Shown in pieces: positions 50,661 to 60,266 of a stretch of 64,000 bases of DNA. The notes under the pieces were generated by a model. The model worked only from the letters and a program-made list of their open reading frames with translations, made no database searches and was not told where the DNA came from. The stretch's first letter is position 1; each line of letters opens with the position of its first letter. Made by a program: the position numbers and the translations under genes. The DNA comes from Candidatus Woesearchaeota archaeon (GTDB taxonomy: Archaea; Nanobdellota; Nanobdellia; Pacearchaeales; GW2011-AR1): NCBI GenBank assembly GCA_964419155.1, contig CAYQOK010000001.1, positions 3,623-67,622 on the forward strand, written 5' to 3'.

Positions 50661-51457
50661 AAAAAATAGCTATAATTATTCCTGCTTATAATGAAGAAAA
50701 AAGAATTAGAAAAACACTTAATGAATATTGTAGATATTTTGAAAAAAGTAAATTTTCTAAAACAGATGTTAAGATAATTGTTGTTGCAAATAATTGTAAT
50801 GATAAAACAGTTAAAATACTTGAAGAATTAAAAAAGAAATTTGAGAACTTAGAATATCTTGATTTAGAAAAGGGTGGAAAAGGTTTTGCAATTACAGAGG
50901 GATATGTTTATGCACTAAAAAAAGATTATGATTTTATTGGTTTTGTTGATGCTGATTTAGCTACTTCTCCAAAAGAATTTAATAAATTGATAAACAGCTT
51001 AGTTCAATCTAGTTTTGATGGGGTTATAGCAGACAGATATATTAAAGGATCTAAAGTCTATCCTTCTTTTGGTTTTAGGAGAATTGTTGTTAGTAGAATT
51101 TTTAATTTTATCGTAAGAGCCTTGTTTTTATTTTCTTATAGAGATACACAATGTGGTGCAAAACTATTTAAAAAAGATGTTATTAAAAAGGTCATTAAAG
51201 AAATAACAATTAGTCAATGGGCTTATGATATTGGATTCTTATATGCTTGTAAAAAAAATGGTTTTAAAATAAGGTCTATTCCAACTGTTTGGTATGAAAT
51301 GCCTGATAGTAAATTGAATATCAGTAAAGCTTCTGTTGAAATGTTCTTTGCAGTAATTCAATTAAAAATTCTTGTATCAAGATTTAAAAGGCTATTGACC
51401 CCAATAAAACCATTGATTTCAATAATTTATAAATATCTTAAAAACAGAAATAATTAA
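50657..51457 (+). CDS. GT2 dolichyl/polyprenyl-phosphate sugar synthase (DPM1-like)
   Basis: 'IAIIIPAYNEEKRI', 'GFVDADLATSPKEF' (DxD) and 'TQCGAKLFKKDV' match the DPM1 family QCGFK block. Confidence 0.75.
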   Translation: MKKIAIIIPAYNEEKRIRKTLNEYCRYFEKSKFSKTDVKIIVVANNCNDKTVKILEELKKKFENLEYLDLEKGGKGFAITEGYVYALKKDYDFIGFVDADLATSPKEFNKLINSLVQSSFDGVIADRYIKGSKVYPSFGFRRIVVSRIFNFIVRALFLFSYRDTQCGAKLFKKDVIKKVIKEITISQWAYDIGFLYACKKNGFKIRSIPTVWYEMPDSKLNISKASVEMFFAVIQLKILVSRFKRLLTPIKPLISIIYKYLKNRNN

Positions 51458-51464
51458 AGATATA

Positions 51465-52577
51465 ATGGAAAATAAAAAAACATTTTTAATTTTAGGGAGT
51501 TTGCAGGCCCCTTTAACAGGTTCTAAGATTAGAAGTAGGTCAATTGCAAAATATTTAGCAAAAAGAGGCCATAAGGTAATTTATTTAGAACCTACTGATC
51601 CTAATTCAAAGGAAAATCTTAAAATTAAAGGGGTAAAAATAATAAAAACCAAATTTCCAAATTTGATTTTTAGTTTAGGAATGATTATTGCAAGTATTGA
51701 TAATCTTTTAAAAGTAAAAAAAGTAAAAAAAGTAGATTATGTTATTGCAACAAAACCCCTTCCTAGTTCTTGTTTAGCTGCATTAAAATTAAGAAATAAA
51801 GATACTAAAATAATTTTAGATATTGATGATTTAGAATATGCTTATTGGTTAAACAACAAACCCATTGCTTATCTTTTAAAAATATTTGAAAAATGGGTTA
51901 TAAAAAGATTTGATTATATCACAGTCCATAATAATTCATTAAGAAGATATGTTGAAAAAAGCCTTAAAATCCCATCTGAAAAAATATTATTCTTATCTCA
52001 GGGATTGGATCTAGACCATTACACTGTTAGGACTAAGAATAATTTTAAGAATAAAAACCAGATATTAATTGTTTATACTGCTTTTTTAGGTATTGCCTCA
52101 GATTTAATTCCTATATTAGAGGTATATAAAAACGCAAAAAAACAATTTAATAATATTAAACTAATTGTGGTTGGGGGCGGCCCTAAATTAAAAGAGTATA
52201 AGAGGTATTGTAAAAGAAACCACGTCCCTGTTTTATTTTTAGGTTATAAAGACCATAATGAGACTTTAAAAATTTTAAAATTTGCGGATATTACATTAAA
52301 TTATAATAAAAAAAATTTTGCAAATAAATTCAGATCCCCTATAAAATTAAGGGAATACATTCTCTTAGGTAAAGAGGTTGTAACAACAGATATAGGAGAT
52401 ACTGCATTATTTAAAAGATATATTTATATATCCAAGAATAATTTAAATGATTATCTTCTATGTCTTAAAAAGGCAATTAAAGTTAAAAAAAATATCAATG
52501 GGCCAGACTATATAAAAAAAGAGTGTGATTGGGATAAAATAATTAATAAATTTTTAAAAGATTTAAATGAAAAATAA
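51465..52577 (+). CDS. GT-B glycosyltransferase (GT4-like)
   Basis: 'LIVVGGGPKLKEYKRY' and 'LREYILLGKEVVTTDIGDTA' resemble the GT4 C-terminal half. Confidence 0.5.
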   Translation: MENKKTFLILGSLQAPLTGSKIRSRSIAKYLAKRGHKVIYLEPTDPNSKENLKIKGVKIIKTKFPNLIFSLGMIIASIDNLLKVKKVKKVDYVIATKPLPSSCLAALKLRNKDTKIILDIDDLEYAYWLNNKPIAYLLKIFEKWVIKRFDYITVHNNSLRRYVEKSLKIPSEKILFLSQGLDLDHYTVRTKNNFKNKNQILIVYTAFLGIASDLIPILEVYKNAKKQFNNIKLIVVGGGPKLKEYKRYCKRNHVPVLFLGYKDHNETLKILKFADITLNYNKKNFANKFRSPIKLREYILLGKEVVTTDIGDTALFKRYIYISKNNLNDYLLCLKKAIKVKKNINGPDYIKKECDWDKIINKFLKDLNEK

Positions 52578-54015
52578 AAAAATTTTGGTTATAAATCCTC
52601 CAAGGGTGGATCAAAGACCGGTAGTAAGAGAAGAAAGATTTGAACATAAGGATTTTGAAGTTATTTATCCCCCTTTAACTCTACTTTATTGTGCTGGACA
52701 AATAAAGAAGAACGTAAGTAATGTAGAAGTATCTTTTATTGATGCAATGGGATATAATCTTAATTTAGATCAAATAAAAGAAAAGTTTAAGATTATAAAT
52801 CCTGATATTGTTATAAGCAGGTTTGCTTTTGATACTTTTCATGAAGATCTTAGTTTTTTAGAAGAAATTAAAAAATGGAAAAAAGATATTATAGTTCTAA
52901 CTAGGAATAAAATTGTAGGAGATGTTAATGATTTAATTGAAAAATATCTCAAAAAATATCCTAAAATTGATTATTTTATCACTTCTGAACAAGATATTGT
53001 GATCCATAAAATAATAAAAGATATTTTAAATAAAAAAATTCCTGGCTCTTGCGCGTATATTAAAAAAAATAAATTATTCTTTTCAGAAAAGTATAAAGAA
53101 GATGAAAGTTTAGATGAAATGGCTTTTCCAGCATATGAATTATTACCTAAATCTCCTTGGCCTTATAAAAGTTCATTATTTCCAAAGGACTTTACATTAG
53201 TTATGAGTAGTAGAGGGTGTCCAAATCAATGTACTTTTTGTGCATATAGAAATCAAAAATGGAGGCCTAGAAGTCCTGAAAATGTAGTTGAAGAATTAAA
53301 GATGTTAAGAAAAAAATATAATATTAAAAATTTTGTTTATTTTGATGACACTATTTCTATAAATAAAGAAAGGTGTTTAAAAATTTGCGAATTAATGAAA
53401 GAAAATGGATTAACCGATATGAAATATGCTATTTGTACAAGAGTGAATGCAATTGATGTAGAGTTATTAAAAGCCTGGAAAGAAACAGGCTTAGAAGAGA
53501 TCTCATTTGGAGTAGAATCTGGATCTGAAAAAATATTAAAAATGACTCGCAAGGGTATAACTAAAAAACAAATCCTAAATGCTTTTGATTTGTGTAAGAA
53601 AATGAAAATAAAGGCCATTACATTAGTTATTTTAGGACTTCCTGGGGAAACCTTGAACACTATAAATGAAACAAAAGGGCTAATTAAAAAAATAAATCCT
53701 TTTTATTTACAATACTCTTTGTGTATTCCTTTTCCAAATACTCCTGCATATGATTATTATAAACAGAATAATCTTTTAATTCATGAGGATTATTCAAAAT
53801 ATAATCCCTTAACCCTGGATCCTGTTATGAGGACAAAAGATTTAAGTGCAGAACAATTAATAAAAGAAAAAGAAAAAGCATATAAGGAATTCATATTAAA
53901 CCCTAGATTTTTTTTAAATAAGATCTCCTTAACTGATTGGGCCTGGAATATTAGGGGATTAAAAATGTTCTTAGATAGGGTTAAAGGAATAATAAAAGAA
54001 AAGTATGTTAGATAA
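52567..54015 (+). CDS. B12-binding-domain radical SAM enzyme (class-B-like), paralog 1
   Basis: N-terminal Rossmann-like 'KILVINPP...YPPLTLLYCAG', then 'SSRGCPNQCTFCAY' (CxxxCxxC). 482 aa. Confidence 0.8.
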   Translation: MKNKKILVINPPRVDQRPVVREERFEHKDFEVIYPPLTLLYCAGQIKKNVSNVEVSFIDAMGYNLNLDQIKEKFKIINPDIVISRFAFDTFHEDLSFLEEIKKWKKDIIVLTRNKIVGDVNDLIEKYLKKYPKIDYFITSEQDIVIHKIIKDILNKKIPGSCAYIKKNKLFFSEKYKEDESLDEMAFPAYELLPKSPWPYKSSLFPKDFTLVMSSRGCPNQCTFCAYRNQKWRPRSPENVVEELKMLRKKYNIKNFVYFDDTISINKERCLKICELMKENGLTDMKYAICTRVNAIDVELLKAWKETGLEEISFGVESGSEKILKMTRKGITKKQILNAFDLCKKMKIKAITLVILGLPGETLNTINETKGLIKKINPFYLQYSLCIPFPNTPAYDYYKQNNLLIHEDYSKYNPLTLDPVMRTKDLSAEQLIKEKEKAYKEFILNPRFFLNKISLTDWAWNIRGLKMFLDRVKGIIKEKYVR

Positions 54016-55048
54016 AATGACAGATCAAACAAAAATTAAATATAGCATTATTATTCCAGTTTATAATTCTCAGGGAACAATTTTAGAATTATTAAATGCA
54101 TTAGAAAATCAAACAAAAAAAGATTTTGAGGTAATTATTGTTGATGATGGTTCTAAAGATAATTCACTTGAGTTAATCAGGGCGCATAAAAAAAATAAAA
54201 AAATTAATTATCCTATTAAATTAATCAAACAAGAAAATGCAGGACCTGCTAAAGCAAGAAATGTTGGAGCAAAACATGCTGCAGGAGATATTATTATTTT
54301 TATTGATTCTGATTGTGTTCCTACTAATGATTTTATCGAGAAAATAACCCTTCCAATTGAGTTACATAAAAATATATCTGGAGTTCAAGGGGAGTATTTA
54401 ACAAAAAATAAAGAATATTTAATTGCAAGATATGTTGGCTATGAAATTTATTATAGGCATGAGAGAATGAAGGGAAAAAATATTGATCATATTGCAACTT
54501 ATGCTTGCTTGTATAAAAAAGAAGATTTTGGAGAAGGATTTTTAGAAAAATTTTCTAGTGCAGATATGGAAGACACTGAATTCTCTTATAGAATCTCAAA
54601 AAGTGGAAAGAGATTAATTTTTGAGCCAAATGCAGTGGTTTTCCATCCCCATCCCCATAATTTAAAGAAATTTATTAAACAACAATTTAAAAGAGGTTAT
54701 TGGAGAGCTTTTGGATATGGAGGTCATCAAGAAAAAATCTTTAAGGATTCTTATATGGGAAGCTCTGTTGTTATTCAGGGAAGTTTAAGTCTTTTATTTT
54801 TTATTAGTTTATTTATTTCTGTATTAGAACTATTTTTAAAGATTAATAACTTTTTTTTATTCATTCCTCTGATTTTATTAGCTATGATTTATATCACAAA
54901 TCTAGGTTTTGGATTTTACTGTTATAGGTATGAAAAAAATATGATTTTTATTGCACCTTTAATTGCATCAATAAGATCTTTAGCTGGAACCGCTGGTTTT
55001 ATTAAGGGTGTTTGCTCTAAAATTTTAAGGAAATATAAAATTAGGTGA
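54005..55048 (+). CDS. GT2 glycosyltransferase with C-terminal TM helices
   Basis: 'YSIIIPVYNSQGTI', 'VIIVDDGSKDNS' and 'IIFIDSDCVP' (DxD). Two to three C-terminal TM segments. Confidence 0.7.
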   Translation: MLDKMTDQTKIKYSIIIPVYNSQGTILELLNALENQTKKDFEVIIVDDGSKDNSLELIRAHKKNKKINYPIKLIKQENAGPAKARNVGAKHAAGDIIIFIDSDCVPTNDFIEKITLPIELHKNISGVQGEYLTKNKEYLIARYVGYEIYYRHERMKGKNIDHIATYACLYKKEDFGEGFLEKFSSADMEDTEFSYRISKSGKRLIFEPNAVVFHPHPHNLKKFIKQQFKRGYWRAFGYGGHQEKIFKDSYMGSSVVIQGSLSLLFFISLFISVLELFLKINNFFLFIPLILLAMIYITNLGFGFYCYRYEKNMIFIAPLIASIRSLAGTAGFIKGVCSKILRKYKIR

Positions 55049-55055
55049 AGTTAAA

Positions 55056-56513
55056 ATGAAAGTTTTTTATTTGATTCCACAATATGTAAAAGGGTTTAGT
55101 AAATCATCTAGATGGCAAACTATCAGTAGAGGATATACATTAAGACATCCTGATTTTCAACTACAATCTGTTGCTGTTTTAGAAGAATCTGGTCATAAGG
55201 TTAAATTTTGTGATGCAACTGCTGAAAAAATTGAAAAAAAATTGGTTTTTGAAAAAATAAAAAAATTTAATCCAGATATGTTAGTAGTGTATTGTACAAC
55301 CCCTAGTATTTATGATGATCTATCTTATATTCAGGAGTTTAAAAAAAAATATCCTAATGCAATTAGTGTAGTTATTGGAGCTCATGTTTCAGTTGAGTGG
55401 GAGGATACATTAAAAATTGCTGGACCTAGTTTAGATGTAGTAGTTATAGGAGAATATGATTATAGTTTAAGAGATCTTGCTAATAAAGTTTCATTAGAAA
55501 AATGTAAGGGTATTGTTTATCAAAAAAATAAAAAAATAAAAATAAATGCTCCAAGACCTCCAGTACCTATTAATGAACTTCCTTTTCCTGCATGGTATCA
55601 TATTAAACCAGAAGATTATCCAGATCCTGGTAAATTAAATCCTTTTATTACTATTATTGGTAGTAGGGGGTGTGTTGGAAGATGTGCTTTTTGTTTAATG
55701 ACTAATACGCTTTATAAAACATTAAGATTAAAAGATCCAAAAAAGATTTGTGATGAAATTGAATATGATCTTAAATTATTCCCTTATTTAAAAGAAATTA
55801 TGTTTGAAGACGATACCTTAGGTGCAATATCTAAACATACTAATGAAGTTTGTGATGAAATAATTAAAAGAAAATTAAATAAAAAAGTTTCATTTGCATG
55901 TAATCTAAGAGTAGACACAAAAAAAGAATTAATCAAAAAATTAAAACAAGCAGGATTTAGATGGGCTTGTGTTGGATTTGAGTTTGGAACTAATAAATCT
56001 CTAAAGGCTGTTAGAAAAACAACAACAATTGAACAAGCTAAAGAATTTGCAAAAGAAACTGCAAAACAAGGTCTAAAGATTCATGGATGTTTTATGTTTG
56101 GGGCTCCGGGTGAAACAAAAGAAGATTGTAGAAAGACTATTGATTTTGCTAAATCATTGCCATTAGATACTGTTCAGTTTTCAGGTATTGCTGTTTATCC
56201 TGGAACTCCTTTATATGACTGGGCTAAACAAAATAATTATCTTGTTCCAAAAAACTGGAGGAACTGGGTTACTGAAGATTATAAACAAGCAGGTTTACTA
56301 GATTACCCTCAACTTTCAACAGAAGATATAAATAAATTTATTGATATTGGATTAAAAGAATGGTATGGTAGGCCTAAACAAATTTTGAGATTAGGATTTA
56401 AGGTTTTGAAGAATAAAGGAGAACGAAAAAGAATAATACATGGATTTAAAAGTTGGATAAAACTTTATTCTCCAAGCCCGAAAATTTACAAAGTTGGAGG
56501 CTACAATGAATAA
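55056..56513 (+). CDS. B12-binding-domain radical SAM enzyme (class-B-like), paralog 2
   Basis: 'GSRGCVGRCAFCLM' (CxxxCxxC) preceded by a Rossmann-like N-domain. 485 aa. Same architecture as 52567-54015 but clearly diverged. Confidence 0.8.
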   Translation: MKVFYLIPQYVKGFSKSSRWQTISRGYTLRHPDFQLQSVAVLEESGHKVKFCDATAEKIEKKLVFEKIKKFNPDMLVVYCTTPSIYDDLSYIQEFKKKYPNAISVVIGAHVSVEWEDTLKIAGPSLDVVVIGEYDYSLRDLANKVSLEKCKGIVYQKNKKIKINAPRPPVPINELPFPAWYHIKPEDYPDPGKLNPFITIIGSRGCVGRCAFCLMTNTLYKTLRLKDPKKICDEIEYDLKLFPYLKEIMFEDDTLGAISKHTNEVCDEIIKRKLNKKVSFACNLRVDTKKELIKKLKQAGFRWACVGFEFGTNKSLKAVRKTTTIEQAKEFAKETAKQGLKIHGCFMFGAPGETKEDCRKTIDFAKSLPLDTVQFSGIAVYPGTPLYDWAKQNNYLVPKNWRNWVTEDYKQAGLLDYPQLSTEDINKFIDIGLKEWYGRPKQILRLGFKVLKNKGERKRIIHGFKSWIKLYSPSPKIYKVGGYNE

Positions 56514-58452
56514 GAGATCAGACAAAATCATTGATAGTTTTATGGATTTATTTTATTCAAAAAACAAAACAAAACTTTGTGTTTTAATGTTAGCATTAAT
56601 TGGATTTATACTAAGGATTATCTCTGCTAGAAATATAGGAATAAGTGCAGATGATGCAGTACATGCTATTAGGCCAATTGGAATAATTGAAAGTGGTAAA
56701 ATGGTAGAATTAGGACAATCTTCGGCAATGTGGTATTATATTCAAGAAATTTTTTATAAGATATTTGGAGCTACTCAAATTGGTTCTAGATTTGCATCCG
56801 CATTGTTTGGTGCGGCGTTAATTATTTTAATTTACTTGTTTGTTAAACAAATATTTAAATCAGAAAAAATAGGTTTAATTGCATCTGCTTTGATTACATT
56901 TTCACCTTTTTTAATTAAAATGACCTTACCTGAGATGGATATTGTTGTGATGTTCTTTGTTATATTTTCAGGATTGTTTATCTTTAGATTTAATGAGTCT
57001 TACAAAAATAAAGATTTGTTTTTTGCAGGTTTTTTAATGGGAATTGCTGTTTTAATTAAGGTCTACTCATTATTTTTTGTAGGAACATACTGTATCTTTT
57101 TAATTTATAAGGGGGTTAAGAAAAAAAAGATTAATAAAAGGTTCATTAAAGGCATTTTGATTTTTGGGTTTACAATCTTTATTTTTACAGTTCCTACCTT
57201 AACTCATAATTATTTATTATACAAAGATAAAGGTTTTATGGATTTAATTTTTACAAATGTGTTTAAATTAGGTCTTGAAAAAGCAGAAGAACTTTATTCT
57301 TGGGGTGCAGGATGGATGCCTCATACAGATTATAAAGGATTTTTTTTAGGAAATCAAGTTAATTTTCAGGAAAATCCAGAAACCATATACAGACTTCCTG
57401 GATTTATTGTTCTTCTTTATTTAAGTTTTATGGAAGACCCAATTTTAATATTATTTGGATTATTAGGATTTATTTATTTGATATTAAAAAAACATGAAAA
57501 TTATCTTAGTTTTTTTATAATTACTTTTTTTGTACCTTTTATTTATCTTGGATCTCATATTCCAATGTTAAAACATTTTACATTTATCTTTGTTTTACTA
57601 GTTCCAATATCTTCTTATTTTATTTATAATCTAGGAACTGATATTATTAAAAAAAATAAAAAAATAAAATGGAAATATCTTCTTATTTTATTAATTTTAA
57701 TTAATTTATTATGGCTTGGAAAAGGAGTTGATGGATTAAATAGTCATTTTTATAGTGAAAGTGGTGAAGGTCAATTAATTAATTATAAAAATCAAGTGAT
57801 CACAGAAGATTCTTTAGTAGTAGTAGACAGTAGAATTTTCAGAGGTTTTATTGGTTGGTTATTTAATGATAGATTTTACTTAGAATCAAATTATTTTGGT
57901 GCTGCTTTAGAACAAAGTGCTCAATATGGAGATCCTGTTCCACTTGAAGTTTACTATGTTGAATGTGCAAAAGATGATTGTGGATGGGGAACAATAAAAA
58001 ATCAACCAGAGTTTAATAAAACAATGGAAGAATTAACTACTTGGTTTAGTAATAATTCAGAGTTAATAAAAGAAATAAAAGCAGTTAATAGATATGAATA
58101 TTATTTTCCTTTTATTACTTCAAATAAAGAAGAACCTATTTATAGGGTATATAGGTCTACATTAATGGTAAATCCATCTATTCTTTTAATTGCAAAATCA
58201 ACTCATAATGTTTTAATGTATCCAATTGGATATGATGAGACCATAGGCCCTGTTTTTGATGAGTATCAGGTTTATTCTGCTTTTGATGGTTTATTAGATA
58301 AAACAGCACACATTATTTTAAAAACAGGCTGGATCTTTTCTTTTATAAGTTTAGGGTTTTTGATTTATTTGTTTATTAAAGAAGATGATGAAGACATTAA
58401 AGAAATTAAAGAATCAAAAAATGAAGTTAACCATAGTAATTCCAGTTTATAA
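56494..58452 (+). CDS. GT-C fold membrane glycosyltransferase (PMT/ArnT, GT39/83-like)
   Basis: About 11 TM helices. First-loop acidic motif 'ISADDAVHAIRP'. Large soluble C-terminal domain. Confidence 0.55.
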   Translation: MEATMNKRSDKIIDSFMDLFYSKNKTKLCVLMLALIGFILRIISARNIGISADDAVHAIRPIGIIESGKMVELGQSSAMWYYIQEIFYKIFGATQIGSRFASALFGAALIILIYLFVKQIFKSEKIGLIASALITFSPFLIKMTLPEMDIVVMFFVIFSGLFIFRFNESYKNKDLFFAGFLMGIAVLIKVYSLFFVGTYCIFLIYKGVKKKKINKRFIKGILIFGFTIFIFTVPTLTHNYLLYKDKGFMDLIFTNVFKLGLEKAEELYSWGAGWMPHTDYKGFFLGNQVNFQENPETIYRLPGFIVLLYLSFMEDPILILFGLLGFIYLILKKHENYLSFFIITFFVPFIYLGSHIPMLKHFTFIFVLLVPISSYFIYNLGTDIIKKNKKIKWKYLLILLILINLLWLGKGVDGLNSHFYSESGEGQLINYKNQVITEDSLVVVDSRIFRGFIGWLFNDRFYLESNYFGAALEQSAQYGDPVPLEVYYVECAKDDCGWGTIKNQPEFNKTMEELTTWFSNNSELIKEIKAVNRYEYYFPFITSNKEEPIYRVYRSTLMVNPSILLIAKSTHNVLMYPIGYDETIGPVFDEYQVYSAFDGLLDKTAHIILKTGWIFSFISLGFLIYLFIKEDDEDIKEIKESKNEVNHSNSSL

Positions 58453-59101
58453 TGAAGAAAAAACAATTCTAGAAGTTATTCAAAGAGTTAAAGATTTAAA
58501 ATTAGGAATAGAAAAAGAGATAATTGTGGTTGATGATGGTTCTAAAGATAATAGTTATAAGCTTGCTAAAACTATGAATGGCATAATTTTGTTAAAACAT
58601 AAAAAAAATCTTGGAAAGGGCGCAGGTTTTAAAACTGCATTAAAACAATCAACGGGAGAGATTATTATAATCCAAGATGCAGATATGGAACTAGATCCTA
58701 TAGAAATATCTAAGGTTATAAAACCAATATTAGATGGAAAAAGTGAAGTAGTTTATGGATCAAGAAATCTGCATAATCCTGGAAAAGATAGAAGTCCTTT
58801 ATTTTATTTTGGAGGTTATTTTCTAACAAAAATAGTTAACTTTCTTTATGGGACTAAATTAACTGATGAACCTTGTGGGTATAAGGCATTTAAAACTAAA
58901 ACAATAAAACAAATTAAAATTAAAGCAAATCGTTTTGAATGGGAACCTGAAGTAACAGCAAAATTATCTAAAAAAAATATTAAGATCATTGAAGTTCCAG
59001 TTTCTTCAGTTTCAAGATCTATAAAAGAGGGTAAAAAATTAAGAAGAAGAGATGGAGTAATTGCCCTTTTAACTTTAATGAGATATAGATTTAAAGATTG
59101 A
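58421..59101 (+). CDS. GT2 polyprenyl-phosphate sugar synthase (DPM1/GtrB-like)
   Basis: 'LTIVIPVYNEEKTI', 'IIVVDDGSKDNS', 'IIIQDADMELDP' and 'EPCGYKAFKTK'. Start placed at the internal ATG at 58421. Confidence 0.75.
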   Translation: MKLTIVIPVYNEEKTILEVIQRVKDLKLGIEKEIIVVDDGSKDNSYKLAKTMNGIILLKHKKNLGKGAGFKTALKQSTGEIIIIQDADMELDPIEISKVIKPILDGKSEVVYGSRNLHNPGKDRSPLFYFGGYFLTKIVNFLYGTKLTDEPCGYKAFKTKTIKQIKIKANRFEWEPEVTAKLSKKNIKIIEVPVSSVSRSIKEGKKLRRRDGVIALLTLMRYRFKD

Positions 59102-59132
59102 TTTCTAGAATAATAATATTTAATAGTCTAAG

Positions 59133-60260
59133 ATGGGAGATATTACTATGAATATTTTAATTATTAATTGGAGAGATATTAAAAATAATGTTTTAGGAGG
59201 TTCTGAAATTTATTTTTATGAAATTGCTAAAAGATTTGCTGAAAATGGCCATAAAGTAACTTGGTTAACTTCTAGAAATAAAAATAAGAAAATTGAGTAT
59301 TATGAAGGTTTAAAAATTATAAGAATTGGCAATAAATGGACTACTTATTTTTTAATTCCATTAAAATATTTATTTTCATTAAAACATAATTTTGATGTTA
59401 TTGTTGATGTAGAAAATGGAATTCCTTTTTTTTCACCTTTTTATAAAAAAAATAAAAATACAAAAGTTATTTTACATATTCACCATATTCATAAAGAAGT
59501 TTGGTTTAGAGAGCTTCCATTAATACTTGCAAAAATTGGTTGGTTTTTAGAAGGAAGGATTATGTCAAAAGTTTATAAAAATTCAGGTATAATTACTTTA
59601 TCAGAAAGTTCTAAAAAAGAGATTTTAAAAAATAAAATAAAAATAAAATCAGAAGAAGTATTTGTTGTAAATCCTGGTATTAAAAAATATAAATTAAAAA
59701 ATATAAAAAAAACAAAAGAACCTAGTATTTTATTTTTAAATAGAATTAAAAAATATAAAGGGGTAAAAACTTTTTTAAGAGCAGTAAAATCATTACAGGA
59801 CCAGGATATTAAATTTAATACTTTAGTAGCAGGCACTGGAGATGATTTAAATGAAATGAAAGATTATGCAAAAAAACTTAAAATAAAAAATATTAAATTT
59901 TTAGGAAGAGTAAGTGAACAAGAAAAAATAAAGATTATGCAAGAATCCTGGGTTTTTATTAATCCTAGTATGAAAGAAGGATGGGGGATTGTAAATATAG
60001 AAGCAAATTATTGTGGAACTCCAGTTATAGGTTCAAATGTAGCAGGAATTAAAGATTCTGTTTTAGAAAATAAATCTGGTTTGCTTTTTGAATATAATAA
60101 TGTAGGTGATCTTGCTAATAAAATCAAAGAGATTATTAAGAATAAAAAGCTTAGGGATAATTTAAGTAAGGAATCAAAAAAATGGGCTAATAAATTTTCA
60201 TGGGAAAAATCTTTTAAAGATTATGAATCAGCTATAAATAAAATATTAAAAATAAATTAA
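59133..60260 (+). CDS. Glycosyltransferase family 4 (GT-B)
   Basis: 'PSMKEGWGIVNIEANYCGTPVIGSNVAGIKDSV' is the canonical GT4 E-x7-E block. Confidence 0.8.
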   Translation: MGDITMNILIINWRDIKNNVLGGSEIYFYEIAKRFAENGHKVTWLTSRNKNKKIEYYEGLKIIRIGNKWTTYFLIPLKYLFSLKHNFDVIVDVENGIPFFSPFYKKNKNTKVILHIHHIHKEVWFRELPLILAKIGWFLEGRIMSKVYKNSGIITLSESSKKEILKNKIKIKSEEVFVVNPGIKKYKLKNIKKTKEPSILFLNRIKKYKGVKTFLRAVKSLQDQDIKFNTLVAGTGDDLNEMKDYAKKLKIKNIKFLGRVSEQEKIKIMQESWVFINPSMKEGWGIVNIEANYCGTPVIGSNVAGIKDSVLENKSGLLFEYNNVGDLANKIKEIIKNKKLRDNLSKESKKWANKFSWEKSFKDYESAINKILKIN

Positions 60261-60266
60261 TGAGGC

